A stretch of DNA of 56,556 nt, filler included, from Streblomastix strix (lineage: Eukaryota), in the NCBI GenBank assembly GCA_008636045.1. It is 2 parts of 2 records of this genome, joined end to end, with 100 filler letters (N's around TTAATTAATTAA, not from the genome) between each part and the next. Parts side by side here need not be neighbours in the genome. Positions count along the whole stretch, not along the records: positions 1 to 28,281 come from SNRW01000127.1; 1 more part is not named here. One strand, written 5' to 3'. Made by a program: the position numbers and the translations under genes. Position 1 is the first letter of the stretch, and every line of letters starts with the position of its first letter. The notes under the pieces are model-generated. The model saw nothing but the letters and a program-made list of their open reading frames with translations, searched no databases and had not been told where the DNA came from. Below, piece after piece: positions 1 through 19,515 of this stretch.

Positions 1-2
1 GG

Positions 3-512
3 CTGCCGTATGCTAAAAATCATTGATAAACAAATCAATTTGCTACACCTATTCAATTAGCGTGGGCAGATTGATCTGAAAATGAATGATTTTGAACATA
101 CGGCAAACTTCTTCATACTATACTACTATCGTCTTTATAACCATTTGTATAAAATGCAAGATTATGCTTGACAATTAGATATGAATAAGATGTCCTATCT
201 GCGCTTCCAGAATCAAAACCTGGAACGAGAGAGTTGAATTTACAATCTACTTCTCGTAATAATTTGGCAGTTTTGGTTGATGGTCTTCAAACTATACGAG
301 GGAAAACATTTCTTTGTGTAGAAACAGAAAATGAAATCAGACGTATTAATAATTTAATATTAAAAGAGAGTGGATTTCATTAATAATAAAACGGAAAAGG
401 GAATGAAAATGAGTAAGAAATCATGTGGGAAATTGATAACCCAGACGATTTATTTAGGTCAAATTCTCCAGTAAAATAAGTGGCCTAAAACTTATCCAGT
501 GGATCTAATTGA
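3..512 (+). CDS. 3' part of a hypothetical protein (runs off the window start)
   Basis: Frame 3 is open 96-512 with TAR=Gln and ends at TGA 510-512, followed by AT-rich UTR. There is no ATG until 423. Upstream the frame continues only through TGAs at 24, 72, 87 and 93 (LPYAKNH*QTNQFATPIQLAWAD*SENE*F*TYGKLL). Confidence 0.55.
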
Positions 513-700
513 TTCATTATATTATTTATTTAGTTTATTTGCATAACTATAGATAATAGTATAAAAATAAAATATTAATCAAAGAAAATGAAGGTTTGTA
601 TCTGAATCGAATTTGTAGTCGTATATAACGGTGAAGTGAAATAGACATTTTAACCAACAAAAACCAATTGAATACGTTAGAATATTTAGAGTTGGCCCTT

Positions 701-6950
<6,250 letters not shown>

Positions 6951-8232
6951 GGCTTAAGTCTCAAAAATCAGAGCAATTTCCAACTGTAACGCACGATTTT
7001 ACAATAAAATATATAAAAATGAAAAATAATATCAATATTAATTGAATAAGAATGATTTAAGAAATGAAATAAATTTGAATTTGTTTTTTCTCAACAATAA
7101 TCAATAGAAGAAATATTGTAATTTAGTTAAAATTAAAATTGATGTAAATGTGCTAATTTAAAATAAATTTAATTGATGTGCATCAAAATTTAAGAGTAAA
7201 AATCGATTCTGAATTATTTTGAACTGAAGTCTAAAAAATGTAGGATTTAATTGGTTATGAATAAGGGCAAAATCTTAAGACAATATATTAAAATAAAATG
7301 TTGCAGAAATGAACAATATTTGACTTCTAAAAGAATTTACAGACGAGAAAAACTTAATCTGAATTTTATAAAATTTTACAGTTCATTTGCGGAAACTTAT
7401 TATAGAATTGTTTATAATCAAATATAATCAATAAATTAATTTTCTATCAGTAAAATATAATATTAAAGTAAATATGTTCTCTTTGGCTGTAAATAATTCT
7501 AAACCTTTATTAATTAGAGAAAAGCCTTTCACACTTAAACATAAGTATAATATAGTATAATGTTTTATAAATATATTATAAACTGAAAATATATAGCATA
7601 TCATGTAATTTTCATACATTTTCAATGTATATGGAAAGCGAATTGATAAAATTGGTAAAATCACATTTTCATTGAATTTTAATATCATTAAATATAATTT
7701 ATTTGTTGATATCTCAATTGATGAAGAAATATGGATCATGTACATTGTAATCAAGTTGGCAATAAATAAGAAATTTTGGATATAAATAAAAAAAAATTTA
7801 TGTTTTTGCTTCAACATTACTCATAAATTGTCCGAACGACTGGTGTTAAAATAGTATACTTCACTAAATATGATATGACATTAACAATTTTCTACAAAAT
7901 ATAATTTTGTGTTATATATATATTTCCATTTAAACTGGAATTTTGGAAATTTCTAAAAAAGTTATTTTTCCCCCTCATAACTTAATAATACTCTATATGT
8001 ATGATAAAAATCAAATTATAATATTACTAGAAATAACATTACTTACTATTTAAAGGAGTATATATTCGAAATTTATTGGTGACGATCATGCAAATATTTT
8101 TGTAAATTAATTGATTTTTTCTCGGTATTTATCACATAATATATTTATTTTCTAATGCTTATGCAACAACAAGATAATTTTTATGTTAATTTGTTTTAAT
8201 TAATAAAATATTCTCTTTTTCAACCTAGAAAA

Positions 8233-11200
8233 ATGTCGCAATCAACCGAAACGCAAAAGAATAAAATAATACCACCTATCCTTATTAAGATTCTTTACGT
8301 ATAAATAGTAGTTATAGTGGTAGTTTTTGTTGCCATGCTCATTTCTCTGCATTATGCAGCAGTTAATCCAAAATCGTACCGCCATCTTCTTTCAAGTAAT
8401 TTCCTTGGAGGAGAAATTAATTAGGATGAGCTGTTTATGTATGCTCATCAGCTCTATTAGGACAGAAATGCACGTGAACTTTATTTTGTATCCAAACGAT
8501 TGTCAGTACTTGAGAACTACTCAAATAGATCTTTGTTTCTTCTATTTCATGGATATTTATATCTAAATGATGAACAATCAGCTCTCCAAATTGTAGAATG
8601 AGTATGCTTTACATTTTATATATTCATTCCCATATACTTTTGGTTTGATATTAATTATTTTTCACAGATGAGAACTTAACATTGTGATGATGATGTTATG
8701 GAAGAATTGGAATCTATTTGCCGTTTCAAATAATAGGAAGATGAAGAAAGAAGATTAAGACTTCAAAAAGCACTAATGCAAATGTCAGATGATGAAAAAT
8801 TGGATAAAAATAAAATATTTTCACTCATGATTGATAGAGAAAATATTAATGATAAGGAATTAAATATATAGAATCAAATACGTCAATAACTAGATTAATA
8901 ATAAGAATTAATGGAGAAAGAATCATATATATCGAATGAAATATATATGTCACCAGAATAAATATAATAATATATGGACAGTATTTAAAAATATTCAATT
9001 GTGCGTATTCCATAATAATTAGAATCTCATTAAACAATTTCATAACCTTCATCTTTAAGTTAACATGATTAAGATATTCATATATATCTTAATGCTATTG
9101 CAAGTATTAGAATTCCGTCTTCTTTGGGTATAATTCCTCCAATGAATGAAGAAATTGAGACAAAATTGATAAAACTTCTTTTTGAATTTATATGAATTGA
9201 AAAAGAAAGTTAAGAATACACTGAACGAATGAACGGCAAGGATTAATTATATATTGATGAAGACATTGAAGAAGGAAAAGATGATGATGATAATAACAAT
9301 AACAATTAAAAAGTTAAATAAAGAAAATCAAATGAATAAGAATAGTAATGTAATAGTAAAGAAGTGCATGACATATAATCTGAAGGAACATCAATATTAT
9401 AAGATATTATCTCAATGTTAAAGAAAGGGAAATAAAATTTAAATTAATTTCTTTCATCTAATAGGAAAGTCAAATAGATAGAATAATAATAAAAAAATGA
9501 ATATTTAACTAGAATGAAGAAACTTGGTAAATATTGGTAAACGTAGATTATGGATAAAAGAAATAATTTGATTGATTAAGAATTCAGTGAATATGAGGGA
9601 AATTTTAACAAGAATAAAGAGATGAATAATCATTTGAATGATGATAATGATGTTGATGATGAGTAGATAGAAAATGAAAATACATTAGAAGATCAGAATG
9701 AAATTATAACTGAGAAAGAAGAAGCAAATTTGAATGAAGCTGATGAATCTATGAATGATGATGATGAAATCTAAGAAAAAAGTAATTAAAATCAAAATAA
9801 TCCATAGAAACAACAGTATAATTATAAACATGTATCACTATCAAATATTATTGAGTTAGAAAATAAGAATAAAAAGAGAATGATTGAATTTGTAAAAGAA
9901 AGAATGGAAGATGCAGTGAGAAGTAATATTATTAGTTAGGAGAAGAAAGCCAGAAATGAATGGATGTAATTGAGATAAGAATTGTAGAAGAAATAAAAAG
10001 ATGAAAAACAAGATATAAGCAAATAGAATTAGGAAGATGAAGAAGATGGAATTTCGGATTCAGAAACTATTTCTGAGTAAATAATAGAAAAAGGTGAATA
10101 AGAAAATGATTTGGAAGGAGAAAATGAATTATTATGCACAGATCCGTATCCTTCATTGATTACACACCCTCCAGCAGTTGTTCAGATAATTCTAGATTAT
10201 TGGGATGTATGCAAATATTATTACTATAATTAATTTAAATATTTAATTCATATTTCTATTAATTAATTTTTCCATATTACTCTATTTTGTATATTCAACT
10301 AATTTCAGGCACTTATGCGCATTCAAAAACTTTTATCATCAGACTTTCAAAATCTATTGCATAATGTATTAGTATAACAAAGTTACAATATAAGTAATAT
10401 CAGTAATGATTAACTTAATCCCAATTAACAACAATAAAAGCAATTTAACATTAACAGTGAAAACAGTACAATAATTTGGTAAATGTTATCACCAACAATT
10501 GATATTCTCTTCTCACAGTAATTTATTAGTTATTTGCATATGATAATAACTCAAACTGCTGGAATATATACATAAATCAATACAGACTCTATATTTCATA
10601 ATTTAAAACGATAATAAATCCCTTCATCATCATCTTCTTCATAAACACCAAAATAATCAGATAATAATTTATTACACAATTGCAATGAAAATTATACTAT
10701 TCATTCTAATAGTGGCTAACAGAAAATATAATTCAAATATAAATAACAGTATGCTTTGACTAAAAGAAGTGAAATAATTGAAGAAAAGGTTCTGTTTTCA
10801 TTTTCAATCCCATTTTCTTCATCAATCAAAAACAATGAATCACAATATGATCATTTGTATAATAAAAGCACTTATTCTCTTTCTGATTTGATTTAATTAC
10901 CATACTTCTCAGAATTTCTTGATTAGGAAATAGATTAAACAAACAATATTAATAATACACAATAAGATGAAAATAAAAAGAAATTAGATGTGAATTATAA
11001 CAATTCATCTTAGAATGAATAGAAGGAATCTAACAACAAATCAAACATTGATGAATTATCTAATAATTAGTACTGTTTTAATACATAAATTATTTATGTT
11101 CGTCCTTCATTTCGTAAAGACCCAATTATTCTCCATATGAATAAGATTAATAATAATCATGATAAACTTTCTGATGATGTCTTGAAAGTTCTGGAGAAGG

Positions 11201-12402
11201 CAAAAATTTTGATGGAAAGTTTTGAATTTAATGAATCGTCAATATAATTAACCAATCAAACTAATTCGAACAATATTATTCATACTAACTAATAATTGTA
11301 TAATTCTTCAATATAACATCTTGCTGAATTTTATCCACACATTCGTACTTATTGTTCTTCAGATTAGATAGAAAAAGAGTTGAATAAATTGTTGATATAA
11401 GTTAAAGAAACGACAAAAGAAGCATTAAATGCATTAGATTAATAAAAATAATATGAAAAAGATACTATTGAAAGTAATAATAATAGTGATGAATAGAAAT
11501 AATCTTCTACATCTCCTTAATCTAATTATCATTAATCTGATCGCAATACTCTTAGTAATGCGATATCAACCCTTCTCATAGGATTTGATGCTATTCGCCC
11601 TTTTGATGGCTTTAATATGCCTTTAGCCTTAGTTATTGCTTCAGGGATAATGAACTCTTAAGCTGCTCTTAATAGTTAATATTAATAACCATCACATTCC
11701 AAAATAGATTCAATTTAAACATAAGAAATTGTTGAAGGAATGAATGATAAATAATAAACAAAAGAATATACTATTTCCTCATAATATAGTATTGCAAATA
11801 TAATGTATAAAATTAAGAACATAGATGAATTAATAAGTCAGAAATTATCAGAACTATAAAAAGGTTTCTCGGAGCTGTAAGATCATGAAACGAATGAATT
11901 AGAAAAAGAAAAATAAAAAAACAATGAAAAATAAAATGAATAATTTGAAGATGTTGATGCTGATGATGAAGGAGGAGAATAGACAAAGAGTTCTGGAGAT
12001 AAAGAGAAAAATAATATGACAGATAGAAGGGAGAATTATAGAATGAATCAGACATTTATAGGCCCATTGAAAAAGTTTGAATTTGATGAGATCTATTAAA
12101 AACGAAAGAAAGAGAGAGAAATGATGAGAGAAGAACAGCGTATTGAAAAACTGTCAAAAAAGCGAATCAAGAAAGAATAGCGTTAATAAGAAAAGTAGAA
12201 ACAGAAAGATTAGAAGTAAGCACTAAAAGATGCAATGCGAAAATAAGCAGAAATTATTCATTTTGAACAATTGACGAAGAAGTTGAAAGAAGAGGTGACT
12301 TCAGAGATTGCTTTTAAGAACCTACAAGAATTGTCTATATTGGTGAGCGAGTGGCAGAAAGAGCTTTTATCTGATGCTGAACGTGCTGTTAGTGATGAGT
12401 GA
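8233..12402 (+). CDS. Large hypothetical protein (~1330 aa) with N-terminal transmembrane/signal-anchor helix and acidic and coiled-coil regions
   Basis: ATG 8233 and hydrophobic ILIKILYVQIVVIVVVFVAMLISL. Introns about 8602-8667 and 10207-10308 (GTATGC...CAG). Frame continues to TGA 12400-12402, with an internal TGA at 9193 and possibly at 8599. Confidence 0.7.
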
Positions 12403-12626
12403 AGTTTTTTACTGTATCTGAAACGTTCATATCAATATCAGTACTATAGCTAAACTAATAAACGGATAACATTCATATTTTAAAAAATGCAAGCAAGTGT
12501 ATTTATGTTATAATATGTATAAAAAATGAATGAAATATGATATTAAGGTGATAAATTTCGCAAAAAGTAATAGAATATCTCGATCGGATGTATGAAATAC
12601 CATTAGATATAAATAAATAATGAAAG

Positions 12627-13108
12627 TCAAAACGCATCAGGGAACAACATAGGTAGATCAAGAATGCAAGATATGAGATTAAGACATCTTTTATCCCTTA
12701 AAATACCAGTATGGTCAACACCATTGATCTGAAACTTTGCAACTGAGCCAATCATATCATTTGCTGAGCATATACAGGGAATTGTGCTATCTCCATCGAC
12801 AGAAGTATATTAAATTGTTGAATTCTAAAAGAATATCTTTGAAGTTAGTTGTTTGAATGCTTTTTATTCTTCACTTTCAATATTTGTTTCTTCTTTCACA
12901 CTTTTGTTTGAAGTCAAATCGAAATCGAACTTAACATCAGGTAATTAAACATCCATTAATCTCTCGTCCTTTTCTTTCTCTTTCATATCTTGTTTATGTT
13001 TCTCTTAATCATTAACATTTGGTATTCGCACAGATAGTAAACAATGCCAATCAGTGTCAACTCCAGATCCAATAATATTGAATAGTTTAATTCCTTTCAC
13101 AACTTCTC

Positions 13109-13156
<48 letters not shown>

Positions 13157-16100
13157 TCTCAAGTTTATCATTTTCTTCTATTTATTATTAATTTTCAGTA
13201 TTTTATTCATTTTATTCTACTTTTTATCCGTTTTATTACTTTTTATTTATTTTATCCTATTTTATTATTTCAAATTCAGTTCTTTATTCAATTTATTTTT
13301 CTCCATTATAATTATTTTCTCTCTTTGAGTTTTACCCAACATATTTCGTCTTAAGTGGTCTAACAAATGATCTCATTGTTTCAATATGTTAATATAGAAC
13401 ATTGTATGTTAATGGTGGACACCATAGATTAGGAGAATGTTATAAGTGAATAAACATCAGTAAATCAAATAGATAATTCTATTTGATTGATGGTTTGAGA
13501 AGTGTATTTGGATAATACTAAGTTAGACTATCTTATTTAAATGAATCTATTAATTAATTTTAAAGAGTTATTGCAGCAGGAGATATAAGAAACTAATCTT
13601 CTTAATATTTCAATTCTCCAGTTTATTTTTTCTTCTAAATCTTAAGCTGTTTTTTTAATAATTTTTGAAGTTATTTCTCTTTCCTTTCTTATAACTTCAA
13701 TTTCATTTTTGCTTATTATAACTATTCTTTTATTGCTTACTTATTATTAATAGTTAGTACTTTCTAATTTTCATTGTTTTCTAGTTTTTATGGTTTAAAT
13801 TCTATTTCAATATGTTTTTAGGAATCGGATTTTGAATATTTTTCTTTTTATTCAATTTTTAATTATTTTTTCTCTACAATCTTTGATTATTTCTTTTTCA
13901 AATATATCATTTTAAGTTCTTTTTTCAATCTTTATCTTTCTTTTTTTTATTCTTTCTTAGTAATTTTTTGTCTTTATTTTTCTGATATTATCTTTTCTTG
14001 TATTTATTCTTAAATTTTATAATTATAATTTCTTATAGATCCATCTTCATTCAAATCAAATTCATCAGTTGTGTCAATAACACTTTTATAGTATTATCTT
14101 GGCCAGATCTTATTATTCCCATTTTCATTTGATTATTCTATAACATTTTCATTCTGTTACAAATTAACCTCATTAGCTTAATTTTCATCGTGATCGTTAG
14201 TATGATTATTCTATTATCCTGTTTCCTGCAAATCTTCATCAAATTCTAATAAAGTAAGATTAATTGCTTTTAATTTAGATTTCTAACTTTTATATTCAAT
14301 ATGTTAATGATTAATTTAATTTTCATTGTTTTTCTTTATTTAATATTAGCAAATAGTTATTTTTTTCTATTCATAAATCAATTAATTTTCATTATTAATC
14401 TGATTATGTGTATGAGTAACTGAAAATTATTAAGAAAATGGTGATTATTTTGTAGAAGTTGAAGTTGAAAGTTCAATTGATTAAGAAAGATGAGAAAGAG
14501 AAGGAGAAGGGCTTGTTTTAAAATTTATATTTTCATTATTGGTATTTTCGTTTGAAATAATTTTGGCTGAAGGTGAATATTAGTAAGAAGATGAATATTA
14601 TGTTGGTTATAATGAAGCCTAAGATTAATTAGAATATTATGAATATATTAATGGAGAAGGAGTAGTTATAGTATTAAAAGATTAAGAAGTTGATGATTAT
14701 AATATAGTGCAATTGTTTAATGAAGATTATGATGATGATTTGTTTGTAGTAATTGTTTCATATTCTTTTCCATGTTATTGTTCAATATCATTCAGACTTT
14801 TATTATAACTAGTTAAAGCATAAACAGGTTGAATGACTTCATCAAATGCTTATTATTTAGCTTGTTTCATAATTAGCTTTGTAGCTTAATCTTCTTCCTT
14901 TTCTCTTTTTTTCCTTTCCTTTCTTTCATTCTTTTATTCATTTATTATTTAATTTCTTTATTATTTTCTTTCCTATTTTTGCAATTTCTTTCTTTATTTA
15001 CCTTCTTTCTTTATTTCATTCATTTTTCTTTTCTTTTCTAATTTTCTTTCTTTTTTATAATTTTCCCCATAAATGTTTATTTTCTTCCTTCCTTTTGCTT
15101 ATTCTGGAGTTGGAAGTGGATATCCAGGATAAAGAATGGTATGAACAGGTGAAACTTTGAATTATGGCAATGATACATATTGAAGATGAGAATATGGATT
15201 CATTTTTATTTATGAATTTTATTTGGAATTTGAATTTGGTGAAATTTTGAATTATTAATTCATTTTTTACTATTCTGTTTAATTTCCATCTTAATTATTT
15301 TGTTATTAGTTTATTTTTGAAGGTGATATTTAAAGATTTTTAATCTATTGTTATTGCGATTAAAAAGGATCTGTAGATAAATTAGGTAACAATAATAAAG
15401 ATGGATATTTTGAAGTTGATTATGAAGAAGGTTTTATTGATGGAGAAGTAGATAAGTTTGTTGATGATGATATTTAGAATGATGATGTCGCATTATCAAA
15501 TGGAGTTGAAATTGGAGAAGGGTTAAATGTTTCTTCGTGTTTATTATTTTATTCATGTTATTACTATTATTATTCATATTATTATTATTATTATTTCACA
15601 TTTAAATGATTTTTGAAGAAATATGAAAGAGGATATTATGATGGTTGAGATAAAATAAGAGGTTTTAGTTGATAATTGTATTTCTCTTTCTTAATATGCC
15701 TTTCCAAATCAATTGTTTATATAATATTCGTAGATAATTAAGAAGAACTTGCAATAGTATTTTCAAATGGAAAATTAGAAGAAAGATGAAAAGAAGAAGA
15801 TTCTTGATATTAATTTGATTATTATTATATTGATTTTGATATAATAGTTGATGTTGATTGATTTTCATCATCGAACTATTAAGCTTTAGAATCAAGATGA
15901 AAATCGTATAAGTCAGAAGAAGAAGAAAAAGAAGATATTAAATGAGTTGAAACAGGTGCAAAATGTTGATATATATCTTAAAGAAGAATATCTTTCTATT
16001 ATTTATTATAATTTCTCTACAATTTAATTTTAACTGTTGGAAATTTAAATGGATAATTAATAATTGAATAATGATTTCTTTACTCAATTGTGNNNNNNNN

Positions 16101-18305
16101 NNNNNNNNNNNNNNNNNNNNNNNNNNNNNNNNNNNNNNNNNNNNNNNNNNNNNNNNNNNNNNNNNNNNNNNNNNNNNNNNNNNNNNNNNNNNTTGATATA
16201 TATCTTAAAGAAGAATATCTTTCTATTATTTATTATAATTTCTCTACAATTTAATTTTAACTGTTGGAAATTTAAATGGATAATTAATAATTGAATAATG
16301 ATTTCTTTACTCAATTGTGTAATAAGGATAATATAATTCAATTTCTTATTATTATTCTTTTTATTACATATTTAAATCTTCATTTAATTCAACATCTTTC
16401 TTTTCATAATTCTAATTTCTTTCTTCTTATCCATTAATATCATTCATTTCCTATTAAATTTTCATTTCAACTAACTAAGTTTACTATAAATTATCATTGG
16501 TTATTAAATCTTATTAAATGCCTTTAATTATTATTTCTTTATTATCAGTATTTATACTTTCAACTTAATCTTCACTTTTATCTTCCAATTCATCTGATGT
16601 TATTTCTTCGTTATCAATTTCTTCATCAACTTCATTTTATTTATCTTCTACATCTTCTTTCTTTTCTATTTATTATATTTCATCATTAAATTCGTTTTCA
16701 CTATTTTCTAACTTTTTCATTCTTTTCATTTTATAATCTTTAATTTCAAATTCTTCATCAATCTGAAATCTTTGATAATCTTCTGTTTGTTCAGTGTTTT
16801 CCGAATCTGAACTAAATTCAGTTGAACTTCATTCTATTTCACTGGAGCTGGATGAATCTTATTTATCTGGTTCTTCAGATTCAAAATCAATTTCATTTTC
16901 TTTATTCAATTGTTTTTATTCAATAATTGATTATTTCTTTTCACCTGTTTTTTATTCTTTATTTTCCTCTTAAATTTAAATTTATTCTAGTTCTTATTTT
17001 TAATCTTTTTCATTTTCACTATATTTTACTTGTTAATCTTAATTATTAATATATTCATTTGTTTAATAACAATCATAATCCCAACATTTTCCCGTTTAAT
17101 CAATATGATATCCAAACCACATCCAATCACTCCATTTATCAGATTAATTCTTCTTATTCTTTAATTAATTAACTTAATTTAGCATATTGTCTTTTTATTC
17201 ATTTAATTTGTTCATTTGATTGTCTTTCCCATTCATATTCGATTGAATTATTTCTTCATTTCTTGTTTTGTCTTCTTTATTCATCATAACACGAACGGCA
17301 ATCTTTGGGGAGAAGGGCAAACTTCTCGGAGTTACAAACCAAAATGTATGAGCTCCGCGTGCTGTTAAATCCCACATTGTTTTGTCTTGAAGCATTAATG
17401 AAGGCATTCCAAATCTATATCCACGAACATATGCCTAGACGTGTCTTCCTGCACCTTACCATGGAGTGGATATTGCGATCCAACGTCGAATATGTTTTCT
17501 GGCAAATTAATTATTCATAGAAATAAAAATTCGTAGCAAAATTCCGCCCATTGAGTGAGTTATTATGTCGATCTTTCTTCCTTTACGTTTTTTAGTTAAT
17601 AGTTCATGGATTTATTATCATTTATCATCTAAATTCAAATTAATATTAGATTATTATTATTCACTTAATGTTTATTTCTCTTCATCTACACAACTTGAAT
17701 AATAAGCTTCTTCAATTCTGTGATATAATCGATTTTGAAGGAGTGGAGAAGATAAATTTTATCTCCAATCGTTAGACAGCCCCCAAAGTGTCTTCCCAGG
17801 TTCATAACCATTCTTCATCAGCATATCAATAACATAATGAAAGTAGAATTTAATTCTGTAAATAATAATATTATTAAAATAAAATTTTATTAAAAAAATC
17901 AGAACAAACGAGTTAGGAAGATAGTTAGAAGGCATAAGCAAATCACATGCTTGCAATCCAAAATTGTCATCAGGAACAAATGTTACCCAATCAGTCTAAT
18001 TCATGTCTAACGCTTAATCTTCAGGATCAATTGAAGATTTCAAGTATTTCAGAGCCAATGTATCTAATTTTGTTACTCTTGGCCAGACTGTATGTGTTTC
18101 ATAAGTTATCCTGTTTCTAATCTTTATATTACTTCCGCCGAGTCCGGGGATAAGCAGAACAGAGCGATTTGGTTTGGTTTACTTGTATTAATCTGTCATC
18201 TGTAAAATTATGTCAGTTAAAAGAAAGAAAATGATTAATAAACTCTAGATAACAACAAATTTAGAATGATAAATTGATTTTATATTGATGATGTACACTT
18301 GACAT
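12627..18305 (-). CDS. LCAT / group XV phospholipase A2-like acyltransferase with very large low-complexity insertions
   Basis: Motifs VLLIPGLGGS, SNDWRQ, IITHSMGG (catalytic Ser), ISTPWQG, VDGDSTIP (Asp) and VDHTGIL (His). Two 5' introns. Frame is continuous after collapsing the duplicated gap overlap. Ends at TGA 12627-12629, with internal TGAs at 16829-16831 and 17618-17620. Confidence 0.85.
15966..16319. other. Scaffolding artefact: 127-bp duplicate flanking a 100-N gap
   Basis: 15966-16092 reads identical to 16193-16319. Removing 227 nt restores the LCAT reading frame. Confidence 0.9.
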
Positions 18306-19515
18306 CCGAGCTGTGTGGAATTTATTTTATAAAAATTTCTAAATATTGGTAGCGGTTTAGTTGAATAGTAAAATTTATATAAGTTGGATAAATAAATGTA
18401 TAAATAAAAATTATTTGATATATTATATTAATAAATGATTTTTGTTTAATTATTGAAGTCAAAAATATTATTTCTCTAAAATAAAAAATTAAATATATCG
18501 CTAAATGCATATTATGAGAGAAAATATATTGATTCCATTAAAACAATTTAATCCAAGAATCTGGATCTTAATCTCAATAATGTAGACTTCTATAACATAT
18601 TCCAATTGACGTAAGAGACTTTGTTGCTACAGTACAAACTTTTAAGCGAAATAATGGCAACTATAGCGTAATAATGTATGGTTTCTTTCTTTTATTTTAT
18701 ATTTAAATATATAATAATTTTTAAGTAAAAAAGTTAATATTGTTTATATAATATTTAATTGATTAAATTTTAAGAAATAAATATAATTAAGAAAAGACAA
18801 TATGAAACTCGTGAAATTATAAACGATTAGCGGAGTTTTGAAAAATGCTATTCCAGTTATTCGCCCAATTTCGCTGCAACGTGTATACAAAATACAATTT
18901 ATAATTATCTTTTATTCAATTTGAGCCTTTCTGAACTCAGAAATATACGTAAGATCTGAATAATAAATTAGATGCTCCAACAGTGCAAATTAAATAAAAC
19001 ACAAAATTTATATTTTTCGATGGATTATTATTAGTTGAATATAAAATATTTTTTAATAAACTATCATACTAATATATTTTCCTTTACCAATATTGAAATT
19101 TACTCTATAAACAATTGAATATTTAAAATTAATTTTCTATTCAGTAAATCAAACGTCTCTTTATGAGCTAATAGTATTTCACTATTATAAATCCATTTAT
19201 TTCTTAATAAGCAACATTATTGTTTAAACTCATACAAATTTTTATTTCATTTAAGATATCCAGCTCAGAATCTCACCAGAAAATTTAATATCAATTTAAA
19301 TATTTATTTGTAAGATTTTAGTCATGATTAATTTCTTTTGGTAATACATATGAGGTCAGCTAATTATGTTCAAACTAGAGTGACCTTTTTGAATCACATA
19401 TATATATTCAGATATAAATTAATTTTTTAGTTAAATTTTATATATAAACAATATTATAATTCAGCACCGAAATTTATTTTGAAAAAATAACCATTTAGGC
19501 ATAAATTCTCTAAAA

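Noticed and set aside
15966..16319. Direct repeat around the N gap
   Set aside because: It is an unmerged contig overlap, and collapsing it restores the LCAT frame.
9193..16831. Selenocysteine reading of internal TGAs
   Set aside because: The contexts are not redox Cys motifs and no SECIS-like element was recognisable.
17580..17665. LCAT TGA at 17618 as proof of TGA=Trp
   Set aside because: An 84-nt in-frame GTGAAT...TAAAG intron would remove it and give QTLRRKIDIITHSMGG, so the site is ambiguous.
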